Part shown: piece after piece, positions 9,358 through 20,211 of the stretch
Layout: the number at the start of each line of letters is the position of its first letter
Position numbering within the stretch: the first letter of the stretch is position 1
Assembly (NCBI RefSeq): GCF_000008565.1
Contig: NC_001263.1
Location: forward strand, 1,137,083-1,169,082
Direction: 5' to 3'
DNA length: 32,000 bases
Source: Deinococcus radiodurans R1 = ATCC 13939 = DSM 20539
GTDB lineage: Bacteria; Deinococcota; Deinococci; Deinococcales; Deinococcaceae
Position numbers and translations under genes: made by a program
The notes under the pieces: generated by a model
The model's database searches: none
Told to the model about the DNA's origin: nothing
What the model saw: only the letters and a program-made list of their open reading frames with translations

Positions 9358-10279
9358 CCTCTCGGAACAGCTCCCATTTCCCCACCTGCGGCGCGAAGCC
9401 CAGCCGCCGGTTGACCGCCAGCATCGGCGCGTTGGCGCTGTGGTTGTTGGTCGCCATCGTGCTCAGGCCCGCCGCCCGCGCCCGGCGAATCGCGTAGAGC
9501 TTGAGCGGCAGCGCCAGCCCGCGTCCCCGCGCCTGGGGGGAAACGGCGGTGAGTTCGTTGTAGGCGAGGTCGCGGTACTGCACCATCGCCGTGGTGCCGA
9601 GCCACTCGCCGTCCGGGCCGGCGGCCAGCACCAGCCAGTCGGGACGTGGATTCTTGTCCAGATGCAACATCCCGCGCACCTGTTCGCGCTCCCAGCGCGG
9701 GTGTCCGGCGAGGTCGGGCGTCTCGATCAGGCGGTCGGCCACGAAGTCCAGATACCGCGTGACCGTCGCCTCGTCTGCCCCCGCCAGGTTGCTGAAGGTG
9801 ACGCCCTGCGCCTCGGCCCGCACCAGGGCCGGCAGAAAGGGCGTCTCGTCAAAACTGGCGAGGTCCAGCCGCGAGGAGAAACGGTGGGCGTGCAGCGCAA
9901 AGCCGCGCCGCTCGGCCCATGTCCGGCTCGGCGGGTCGTCGTCGCGCACGTTGGTCGCCAGCGAGGAGATGCCGAGGGCTTGCGTCTCAGCGAGTGCCGT
10001 CTCCCAGAGGGCCGAGCCGTGCCCCCGCCGACGAGCGTCCGGCGAGACGGTGAGGTCGAGTTGCAGAAAATTGGGCGGCAGGAACGGGAAAAAATAAAGG
10101 TGCGCGAGGCCCACGACCTGCCCGCCTTCCTCTGCCACCCAACGCCGACTGACCTGCTCGGCGAGGCGTGCCGCGTCCTCGGCCAGCAGCCCCGCTGGCG
10201 TGGCGGTGCGGTTCCAAACAGCGTTGTTCAGGACTGCCCACGCGGGCGCATCGGCGGGCACGAAGGGGCGCACAGGCAT
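9308..10279 (-). CDS. GNAT-family N-acetyltransferase with two tandem acetyltransferase domains.
   Basis: Two repeats of the GNAT core (..RRRGHGSALWETAL.. and ..ARGRGLALPLKLYAIRRA..). I prefer the ATG at 10279, because the TTG at 10297 lies inside the terminator of the upstream gene. Confidence 0.8.
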   Translation of the reverse strand: MPVRPFVPADAPAWAVLNNAVWNRTATPAGLLAEDAARLAEQVSRRWVAEEGGQVVGLAHLYFFPFLPPNFLQLDLTVSPDARRRGHGSALWETALAETQALGISSLATNVRDDDPPSRTWAERRGFALHAHRFSSRLDLASFDETPFLPALVRAEAQGVTFSNLAGADEATVTRYLDFVADRLIETPDLAGHPRWEREQVRGMLHLDKNPRPDWLVLAAGPDGEWLGTTAMVQYRDLAYNELTAVSPQARGRGLALPLKLYAIRRARAAGLSTMATNNHSANAPMLAVNRRLGFAPQVGKWELFREGESLAGSVADQPNLLK

Positions 10280-10295
10280 GGGCCGAGCATCCCAC

Positions 10296-10324
10296 AAAAA
10301 AAGGCTGGAGCGATGGCCCCAGCC
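10296..10324 (-). terminator. Rho-independent terminator.
   Basis: The minus-strand RNA reads GGCUGGGGC-CAUC-GCUCCAGCC followed by U7 (the plus-strand A7 at 10296-10302). It lies 20 nt after the TAA at 10344-10346. Confidence 0.6.
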
Positions 10325-10343
10325 TCTTCAGTTCAGGCGGCGT

Positions 10344-11143
10344 TTACTGAACGGTGACCCGGAAATCCTCGGCGGGAATCAGGGTGCCCGCGCCCCGGAA
10401 CACGGCGCGGATGGTGTACTCGCTGCGGGAACCGGCTGCCTGGCGCCGTTTTTGCCTTCCCAGCGGATTTTCTGCACTTCGCGTTGCTCGCCGGGGGCCA
10501 CGTCGGTCACGACGAGTTGCAGCGTGCAGATGGTGTTGGTGGGGTCGGGCCGCACGATCTCGCCACTGGCACTGAAGACTTCGAAACGCACGTCACAGGC
10601 GCCGTGTTCGAGGTGAATCGTGCTGCTCCCGGTGTTGCCGAGCACGAAGCTCCAGGTGTTCGCCTCGCCCGCCCGCACCGTGCGCGGGCCGCTGAGCTGC
10701 GCGGTGTGGGCCTGCGCGAGCGGGGCGCCATTGGTCGGCAACGAGCTGTTCTGATTGCTTGAGTTCTGGGTGCCCGTGCCCGGAGCGGCAGGCGTCTGGG
10801 TCACGGTGCCGCTGGTCGTCCCGCCAGCGAGCGGCACTCCGTCGAAGGCGAGCACGCCGGTCGGCAGGCCCGCTGCGGCCACCTGGGCAATGGCCTGTTG
10901 CCGGGCCGCGTCGTTGGCGACGGTGAGGTTGAGGTAGCCCCGGTCGTCGAAGCCCACGCCGCGCAGCTCCACGCCCTTCAGCGCCCCGAGCGCGTCGAGC
11001 ATCTGCCGGAAGGTGTAGCCCGAGGCGTAGCTCGGCGCGGTGGTGGACTGCGGCGTGGTCGTGGTGGTCGTCACGCTCTGAGCGGCGGTCTGGGCCTGAG
11101 CGGCGCCCGCCAAGAGGGCCAGGGTCAACAGAAAGTTTTTCAT
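10344..11143 (-). CDS. Secreted protein with a C-terminal BsuPI-like (proteinase-inhibitor fold) domain; reading frame interrupted near 10431-10447.
   Basis: Signal peptide MKNFLLTLALLAGAAQAQ, a T/S/G/N-rich linker, then TVRAGEANTWSFVLGNTGSSTIHLEHGACDVRFEVFSASGEIVRP...APGEQREVQKIRWEGKNG. The track ORF ends at 10379 after a junk tail. Shifting one base gives GSRSEYTIRAVFRGAGTLIPAEDFRVTVQ*, which ends at 10344 just before the terminator. Confidence 0.65.
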
Positions 11144-11219
11144 GCTTCCACCTTGCCCCCTGCGGTCTGACTATGGGTGAGGAGCCGTTAGGAAAACCGG
11201 GAAAAGCGGGCCGCCGGGG

Positions 11220-11615
11220 TCACTCCGCCGCTGACAGCCCGGCCAGCCACGCCTGCGCCTCCGCCGCGCCCTGCACCTGCGCGCCGCGCTCCGGGGGAAA
11301 CCAGGCGAGCAGGGCTTCCAGGCCAGCCTTCAGCTCGCCGAAAATGACCTTGTGGTCGCCGTCGGCCAGCCAGAGCAGGCCACTGGGGGCAAGGTCGGTT
11401 TCGGTGCCCACCGCGAGCGGCTCACCGAGCCACACCGCGTCCACTTCGGCGTCGTCGGCGGGGTTGAGGGTGCCGGGCAGGCAGCCGTAGTTGACCGGCG
11501 CGGGCAGCGGCTCGGTGCGGTAGGGCTGCACCGCGTCGCCGCGCCAGATGAAGCGTTCGCGTTCGCCCGCGCGCCATTCCACCACGCCGCGCCAGGGTGT
11601 TGCCGGCCCACTCAT
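11220..11615 (-). CDS. Short inorganic-pyrophosphatase-like protein (possibly degenerate).
   Basis: A 131-aa [26 protein letters not shown]...[14 protein letters not shown] echoes the family I PPase motifs NYGFIPqT and DGDPLD, but it is shorter and reads DDAEVD instead. Confidence 0.55.
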   Translation of the reverse strand: MSGPATPWRGVVEWRAGERERFIWRGDAVQPYRTEPLPAPVNYGCLPGTLNPADDAEVDAVWLGEPLAVGTETDLAPSGLLWLADGDHKVIFGELKAGLEALLAWFPPERGAQVQGAAEAQAWLAGLSAAE

Positions 11616-11986
11616 GGCTTGACCTCGTACAGTTCCACCTGCCGCAGCACCGTGCCGCCGAAACTCAGGACGGCGCGGTAGGCGCCCGGCGCCGGGGCCG
11701 GCAGCGTCAGCTCGGCGGTGCGTTTGGCGGCGTCTAGAAAGACACTGTCGGTGCCGAGGTCACGCGAACCGTCGAACCAGTGGACGGTGAGGTAGCCGGG
11801 TTCCAGCCGCCCGTCGAGGGTGACGCTCAGGCGCAGCTCCTCGCCCGCGCGTTTCAGCTCGGCCTGGGTGATGCGGGTGGGCAGCGTGACCGAGGTCGCT
11901 GGCGGAATCAGCGGCACGAAGTTGAAGCGGCAGCCGCCGAGCAGGGGAGAGGCGAGGGCCAGGGCGAGGAGAACGGGGCGCTTCAT
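11612..11986 (-). CDS. Lipoprotein of unknown function.
   Basis: [19 protein letters not shown] has a lipobox. The stop overlaps the start of the downstream gene by 4 nt (ATGA at 11612-11615). Confidence 0.6.
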   Translation of the reverse strand: MKRPVLLALALASPLLGGCRFNFVPLIPPATSVTLPTRITQAELKRAGEELRLSVTLDGRLEPGYLTVHWFDGSRDLGTDSVFLDAAKRTAELTLPAPAPGAYRAVLSFGGTVLRQVELYEVKP

Positions 11987-12054
11987 GTCTGCTCAGTATG
12001 GCGGCGCGGGGCTGAGAAGGACCTGATGCCAACGGGAGCTGTCGTCAGACCCGC

Positions 12055-13551
<1,497 letters not shown>

Positions 13552-13684
13552 AGCACTGGTCAAACGGTCTGACTGTCAAACCGCAGGAGGCGAATTGTCG
13601 TCCAGTTGCGGCTCGACGGTTCGACGGTTTGACCTTCTCCTCTTTGCAAGAGGTGCGGTGCCTGACACCAAAAGACCCAGCACT

Positions 13685-13717
13685 AAAAAAGGCCACCCTC
13701 CAGCCCGGAAGGTCGCC
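13685..13717 (-). terminator. Rho-independent terminator of the coiled-coil operon.
   Basis: The minus-strand RNA reads GGCGACCUUCC-GGGCU-GGAGGGUGGCC-UUUUUU (11-bp stem with one mismatch and one G-U pair). It lies 19 nt after the stop at 13736. Confidence 0.65.
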
Positions 13718-13735
13718 CCCTTTGGACTCCTGCGC

Positions 13736-14884
13736 TCAGTTCTTGCCCTTGCCCTGGGCTTTGGCCTGCTCCATCGCCAGTTCCTTGAAGGCGCTGAGGC
13801 TGCTGGCGTTGGCCTGCCCCTCGATGGCCTTGACCGCGAGGTCCTGCATCTGGCGGCTGGCGGCGCTGACCTGCTCGGACAGTTGCTGGGCGCGGACGCT
13901 GAGCAGGTCGAGGCGGGTCTGGGCGCTCTGGATGCGCTGCTCGTAGACGCGGCGCTGGCCTTCGATGTCCTTTTCCTGCAACTCGGTCCGCACGCGGGCC
14001 TGCCGGGTGCCGATGCCGTTGCCCTCGGCTTCGGCGCGCTTGAGGGCGGCTTCGCGCTCGGCGGGCAGGGCGGCGGCGCGCTCGGTGACTTCGCGCCACT
14101 TCTGCTCGCGTTTCGTCAGCTCGGCTTCCAGGCTATTCCACTCGCGCTCCTGGGCGTCAAGCCGCTCGGCGCGGGCGCGGGTCAGTTCGGCCTGCTCGGT
14201 GCGGTAGGTCTCGTCGTCGAGGCGGCGGTCGAGGTCGCGCTGGTAGCTGTAGTCGGCCGTGTCGCGCTCGCGGGCGGTCCGGGCGGCGAGGTCGCGCTCG
14301 GCCGTAGCGCGTTCGCGGGCGTCCTCCTCGTCTTCCCACTCGCGCTGGCGCGCTTCCCATTCCTCGGCGGTGGCCGTCTGCTGCGTTTCGAGCTCGGTGC
14401 GCGAGGCTTCGGCGGCGGCATCGTACTCGGCGAGCAGGTCACGCAGCGCGTGTTCGCCCGCCGTCAGGCCGTAGAGGTCACGCAGCGCCTCGCGTTCGGT
14501 CTGCGCCAGCTTGAGCACACCCTGGAGCCCGGCGGCCTCGGCGCTGAGCTGCTCGGACAGCTCCGCCAGCGTGCCCGACGCCCCGGCCTGAAGCTGGGCG
14601 AGCAGCCCGAGCGCGACGGTCATGCGGCCCGACGCTTCGCCCGGCTCTGTCGGCAGTTCGCGGCTGGCTTCCTGCATCGGGCCTTTGGGGGCGGCCTGCT
14701 GCTGGACCACCTGCTGCTGTGCCACCTGCTTCTGAGCCTCGCGCACTTCCTTGTCTTTCTGGGCGAGCTGGCCCTTGAGGGCGCCGAGCTGACCTTCGAG
14801 CTGGCTGTACTCCTGAATCAGGTCGTCGAAGGCTTCGAGGATTTTGGCCTTGGTGGCGCTGTCGGCGGGGCGTTTGACGCTCAT
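13736..14884 (-). CDS. Coiled-coil protein of unknown function (downstream paralogue).
   Basis: A 382-aa ORF, almost entirely E/R/A/Q/L-rich helix. The ATG overlaps the upstream gene's stop (ATGA at 14881-14884), with AGGAG 7 nt upstream. No catalytic motif. Confidence 0.75.
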   Translation of the reverse strand: MSVKRPADSATKAKILEAFDDLIQEYSQLEGQLGALKGQLAQKDKEVREAQKQVAQQQVVQQQAAPKGPMQEASRELPTEPGEASGRMTVALGLLAQLQAGASGTLAELSEQLSAEAAGLQGVLKLAQTEREALRDLYGLTAGEHALRDLLAEYDAAAEASRTELETQQTATAEEWEARQREWEDEEDARERATAERDLAARTARERDTADYSYQRDLDRRLDDETYRTEQAELTRARAERLDAQEREWNSLEAELTKREQKWREVTERAAALPAEREAALKRAEAEGNGIGTRQARVRTELQEKDIEGQRRVYEQRIQSAQTRLDLLSVRAQQLSEQVSAASRQMQDLAVKAIEGQANASSLSAFKELAMEQAKAQGKGKN

Positions 14885-15863
14885 GCTTCACTCCTGCTGG
14901 TGCTGGCGGTGGTAAAGGCGCGGGTGGCGAGGTTCTGGGTCTGTTCGCTGACGCGCTGCTGCTGGGCCTGCAACTCGGCGACCTGCGCTTCGGCGGCGGC
15001 GACGGCGGCTTGCAGCGAGTCGAGGTGCAGTTCGTAGCTCTGCTTGCTCGCTTCCCAGTCGCGTTCCAGCAGGTCCGAGCGCACTTTGGCGTCGGCATTG
15101 GCCTGCCGGATGCCTTCTTCGCGGGCCTTTTTGACGGCTTCTTCGAGTTCGGCGGGGAACGCCTCCACCTTGATGCGGTCTTGCTCGAACTGCTCGGCGC
15201 CCGCTTGCAGGGCGGCCTCGCGCTCGCGCCAGTCGCGTTCCAGGGTCAGGCGGCGTTCGGCGAGGTCGCGTTCCTGGGCGCGGTCGGCGGCGTGCTGTGC
15301 GTCGGCGTCGTGCTGGCGCTCGCGTCGCGCCGGTAGCTGTGATCGGCTTCCTCCTGCTGGCGCTCACGGGCCGTTTCCTCCTGCTGACGCCTTTCTTCTG
15401 CGGCGAACTCGGCGTCCTCGCGTTCCCAGGCGCGGCGCTCGGCGCTCTGCTCGCGGTTCAGGGCGTCCAGCCGCGCCTGATGCTCGGTCTGGAGCCGGGC
15501 GACGCGTTCACGGCCTTCTTGCTGCAAGGCGGCCAGCGCGTCGGCGGCCACCCGGATGCGCCGCAGCTCGGCCAGTTCGCGCCCGGCGACCTCGCCAGCG
15601 GTCACCAGCTCGGCGAGCTTCGACGTCTCGCCCGAAAGCCGCTCCTCCAGTTGCGCCAGCACCGCGCCGACTTCGAGCTGCACGTCCGCCGACTGCCGCA
15701 CGATGTGGTCCACCGTGTACCCCGCCGCCCGGTCCAGCACCTCGCGGTCCCGCTGGGTGCGCTGCACCTCGGCGCGGCTCTGAAACCTTCCCTGCGCCGC
15801 AGCCTGCTCTTTCCGCACCTCGGCAAACGCCTGCTGTAAAGCCTGAGATTCGTCCTTCGTCAT
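14881..15863 (-). pseudogene. Coiled-coil protein of unknown function (upstream paralogue); frame broken by an apparent 1-nt deletion near 15318-15327.
   Basis: ATG at 15863 preceded by AGGAGA (MTKDESQALQQAF...). After ...EEADHSYRRD the frame yields junk (ASASTTPTHSTPP) and stops at 15246. The frame of ORF 14881..15168 is open upstream to the same point and continues ERQHDADAQHAADRAQERDLAERRLTLERDW..., colinear with the paralogue. Confidence 0.7.
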
Positions 15864-15891
15864 AGCTTCTCCTTTAAAACCCGCTTTGTTT

Positions 15892-15908
15892 TTACGCTTA
15901 AAACATAA
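15892..15908 (-). promoter_or_regulatory. RDRM-like 17-bp palindrome (candidate DdrO operator).
   Basis: The gene-strand sequence is TTATGTTTTAAGCGTAA. Six of the 8 arm positions are self-complementary, with TTAYGY / RCRTAA-type half sites. It lies 28 nt upstream of the ATG at 15863. Confidence 0.6.
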
Positions 15909-15931
15909 CACGGCGGGAGGACTTTGTGCAA
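15902..15931 (-). promoter_or_regulatory. Candidate sigma70-type promoter overlapping the RDRM.
   Basis: On the gene strand, TTGCAC (15926-15931) is followed by an 18-nt spacer and then TATGTT (15902-15907). The -10 element lies inside the palindrome. Confidence 0.35.
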
Positions 15932-15991
15932 GTGGACACACTGGGCTGTGACTCACGGTTGGGCTGAAGTGCTGGCGCTTCTGGGCAGAGT

Positions 15992-16735
15992 TCAGGTGAC
16001 CGGCGGATAGGCAATCGGATTTTGTGCGTTCCTGGCGAAAGAGGCCGTCACCGAGTGATAGAGATAGCGGTTCCTCACCTCTTCCGGGGCAACGTGTCCG
16101 ACAAATTCCCAGCGCTGCGGGTCGTTGACCGCTTCGGCGAGTCGGGTCTGATAGGGAGTTTGGCCCGCCGGGTGCCAGGACTCGATGGTGTACACCTCAC
16201 GCACGACTCCTTCAAAGACGGCCAGCGCGTATTTGACTTCCTGCTGGCGCCACTTCGCCACCTTCCAGACGCCCCGCGTCGCCTCGTACAGCTCCTGCGC
16301 GGGCATCCCGTGCCAGTAGAGCCGATTGCTGCGGATAAGCATCACTGGGTCGGTGATCACGGCGGGCGGCGCGGCGTAGTAAGTGACGAGTTCTTCAAGC
16401 GACCTGCGTCCAGAGCGCACACTTTGCCAGCCCCTCACCAGATTGGACAGCGAATCCAGTCCCAGCAGATCAATGGCCGCCGCCTCGATTCGGTAGGCCG
16501 TGGCTTCGTCGGGCAGTCCGTGGGCCAGGATGTCGAGCCTCGGTGACAATTGCGCCTGTCGGAGTTCAGCCAGAATCTGCGCCTTGCGTGACTCGCCCTC
16601 CGCCGATAAATGCGAAAGAACACGCTGGCCCTGGCCTTTGCCGACATAGAAGACCTGTTCCGTCCTGGGGTCTACGTACAGATAAACGTAATACCCCAGG
16701 TGCTGAGCGACTTCCGGCGGGATGCTGGGGGTCAC
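15992..16735 (-). CDS. GIY-YIG nuclease-domain protein with an uncharacterised C-terminal domain.
   Basis: GYYVYLYVDPRTEQVFYVGKGQGQRVLSH...YRIEAAAIDLL fits the GIY-YIG pattern. The GTG start is 7 nt after the lepA stop. Codon usage is visibly less GC3-biased than in the neighbouring genes. Confidence 0.7.
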   Translation of the reverse strand: MTPSIPPEVAQHLGYYVYLYVDPRTEQVFYVGKGQGQRVLSHLSAEGESRKAQILAELRQAQLSPRLDILAHGLPDEATAYRIEAAAIDLLGLDSLSNLVRGWQSVRSGRRSLEELVTYYAAPPAVITDPVMLIRSNRLYWHGMPAQELYEATRGVWKVAKWRQQEVKYALAVFEGVVREVYTIESWHPAGQTPYQTRLAEAVNDPQRWEFVGHVAPEEVRNRYLYHSVTASFARNAQNPIAYPPVT

Positions 16736-16742
16736 GGCCCGC

Positions 16743-18563
<1,821 letters not shown>

Positions 18564-18677
18564 GCTCCGCAGTGTAGAGCAGTTGTCTGAGCAGCGGTGT
18601 GGACGCAGTCATCGCTCTCTACCCGGCGCCCGCGCCCTGACGAAACCTTAAGACGGTGGGCCGGGCCTCAGAAATGA

Positions 18678-19259
18678 ATGTGTGGTCTGGCCCATTCTCC
18701 GGATATGAGCGACAACAAGAACGCCGGACAAAGCAGTGACAGCCAGGGCAACGGTGCGCCGCAGATGAGCCGTGACGAAGCCGTGAAGACGGTCGCTGGG
18801 CTGGTCAAGGGCATCAAATTCGCCATGCTGGTGTCGGTCAACGACGCGGGCCACATCCACTCGCGCCCCATGACCACCCAGGAAACCGAGTTCGACGGCG
18901 ATATCTGGTTTATCGGCGCCAAGGACAGCGAGGTCGTTCACGATGTCCGCAGCCGCCCCCAGGTCAACGTGAGCTACGCCGACACCGGCAGCAACAACTA
19001 CGTGAGCGTGCACGGCACCGCCGAACTGATCGAAGATCGCGCCAAACTCGACGAACTGTGGAGCGACATGTACAACATGTACTTCGAGGGCGGCAAGGAA
19101 GACCCGAATGTCCAGCTCATCAAGATCAACGCCGAGGGCGCCGAATACTGGGAGAGCGGCGGCAAGGTGCGGACCCTCTTCGCCTTCGCCAAGAACCTGA
19201 TTCCTGGCCAGCGCGCCGACGCGAGCGAGCTGGGCAAGAACGACACGGTTAATCTCTAA
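18678..19259 (+). CDS. Pyridoxamine 5'-phosphate oxidase-like / general stress protein 26 family.
   Basis: IKFAMLVSVNDAGHIHSRPMTTQETEFDGDIWFIGAKDSEVVHDV...VSVHGTAELIEDRAKLDELW is typical of this family. An alternative ATG lies at 18705 (MSDNKN...). Confidence 0.8.
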   Translation: MCGLAHSPDMSDNKNAGQSSDSQGNGAPQMSRDEAVKTVAGLVKGIKFAMLVSVNDAGHIHSRPMTTQETEFDGDIWFIGAKDSEVVHDVRSRPQVNVSYADTGSNNYVSVHGTAELIEDRAKLDELWSDMYNMYFEGGKEDPNVQLIKINAEGAEYWESGGKVRTLFAFAKNLIPGQRADASELGKNDTVNL

Positions 19260-19283
19260 CCTGACCGCAACGAAAAAGTAAGA

Positions 19284-19317
19284 AGGAGCTGAAGCACGGG
19301 CCTCAGCTCCTTTTTTT
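19284..19317. terminator. Bidirectional rho-independent terminator between convergent genes.
   Basis: AGGAGCTGA (19284-19292) pairs with TCAGCTCCT (19303-19311) and is followed by T7. An A/T-rich run on the other side would serve pheA. Confidence 0.75.
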
Positions 19318-19329
19318 GACCTGCCGCCT

Positions 19330-20211
19330 TTACTGGACCGTCCCCTGCGCCGCCGGATAACTGCCGATGATTTTGGCGTAGCTCGCCTTGACCAGAATCC
19401 CAGCGAGGGCCTGCGCCACCTGCGGATCGCTCGCTTTGCCCTCGATGTCCACGTACATCAGGTAGCTCCAGGCACGGTCGCGGCGGGGGCGGCTCTCGAT
19501 GCGCGAGAGGTTCAGGCCGCGCAGTTCGCCCAGGGTTTCCAGCAGAAAACCGGGGGTGTGGCGCACCGCGAAAATCAGGCTGGTCTTGTGCGGCGCGTCG
19601 CTCGGCTCCGGGGCGTGGCGCGAGAGCACCATGAAGCGGGTGAAGTTGAACGGCTCGTCCTCCACCCCGGTTTGCAGGATGTTCAGGCCATACAGCTCGG
19701 CGGCGCGGCGGCTGGCGATGGCGGCTTCGTCGCGGGCACCACGCTCGGCGAGGTCTTTGGCGCTGCCTGCCGTGTCGTGTTTGGCGAGTGGTTGCCAGCC
19801 GTGCTCGCGGATGAGGTGGGTGCACTGGTCGAGGGCCGGTTGCTGGCTCCCCACCTTGCGAATGTCGGCCATTTCCACCCCCGGCAGCGCCATCAGGCAG
19901 TGGCTCACGCGCACCACGACTTCGCCGGTGACGTGCAACTCGGTTTCGGTGAGCAGGTCGATGGACTGGTGAATGGCGCCCATCAGGCTGTTTTCCACCG
20001 GCAGCACGCCGTAGTCGGCTTCGCCGTTTTCCACAGCGCGGGCGACCTCGTGAAAGGTGGGGTAGCCGAGGGTCTCGCGCACCTGCGGCAGGGCGTTGAG
20101 CGCCGCGATTTCGCCGTAGCTGCCGGGGTTGCCCTGAAAGGCCACCGCGTAGCCCGCCGCCTCTTCCTGCTGCCACTGTTCCCGCTGTTCCTGCCCGCCT
20201 GCGTCCGTCAT
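19330..20211 (-). CDS. pheA: Prephenate dehydratase (PDT plus ACT domains).
   Basis: [15 protein letters not shown]...[14 protein letters not shown]...TRFMVL...[32 protein letters not shown]. Confidence 0.9.
   Translation of the reverse strand: MTDAGGQEQREQWQQEEAAGYAVAFQGNPGSYGEIAALNALPQVRETLGYPTFHEVARAVENGEADYGVLPVENSLMGAIHQSIDLLTETELHVTGEVVVRVSHCLMALPGVEMADIRKVGSQQPALDQCTHLIREHGWQPLAKHDTAGSAKDLAERGARDEAAIASRRAAELYGLNILQTGVEDEPFNFTRFMVLSRHAPEPSDAPHKTSLIFAVRHTPGFLLETLGELRGLNLSRIESRPRRDRAWSYLMYVDIEGKASDPQVAQALAGILVKASYAKIIGSYPAAQGTVQ

Noticed and set aside
15932-15991. Possible terminator between the GIY-YIG gene and the RDRM promoter.
   Set aside because: There is only a weak 5-of-6 bp stem (CAGAAG/CTTCAG) with no U-run, so read-through from lepA cannot be excluded.
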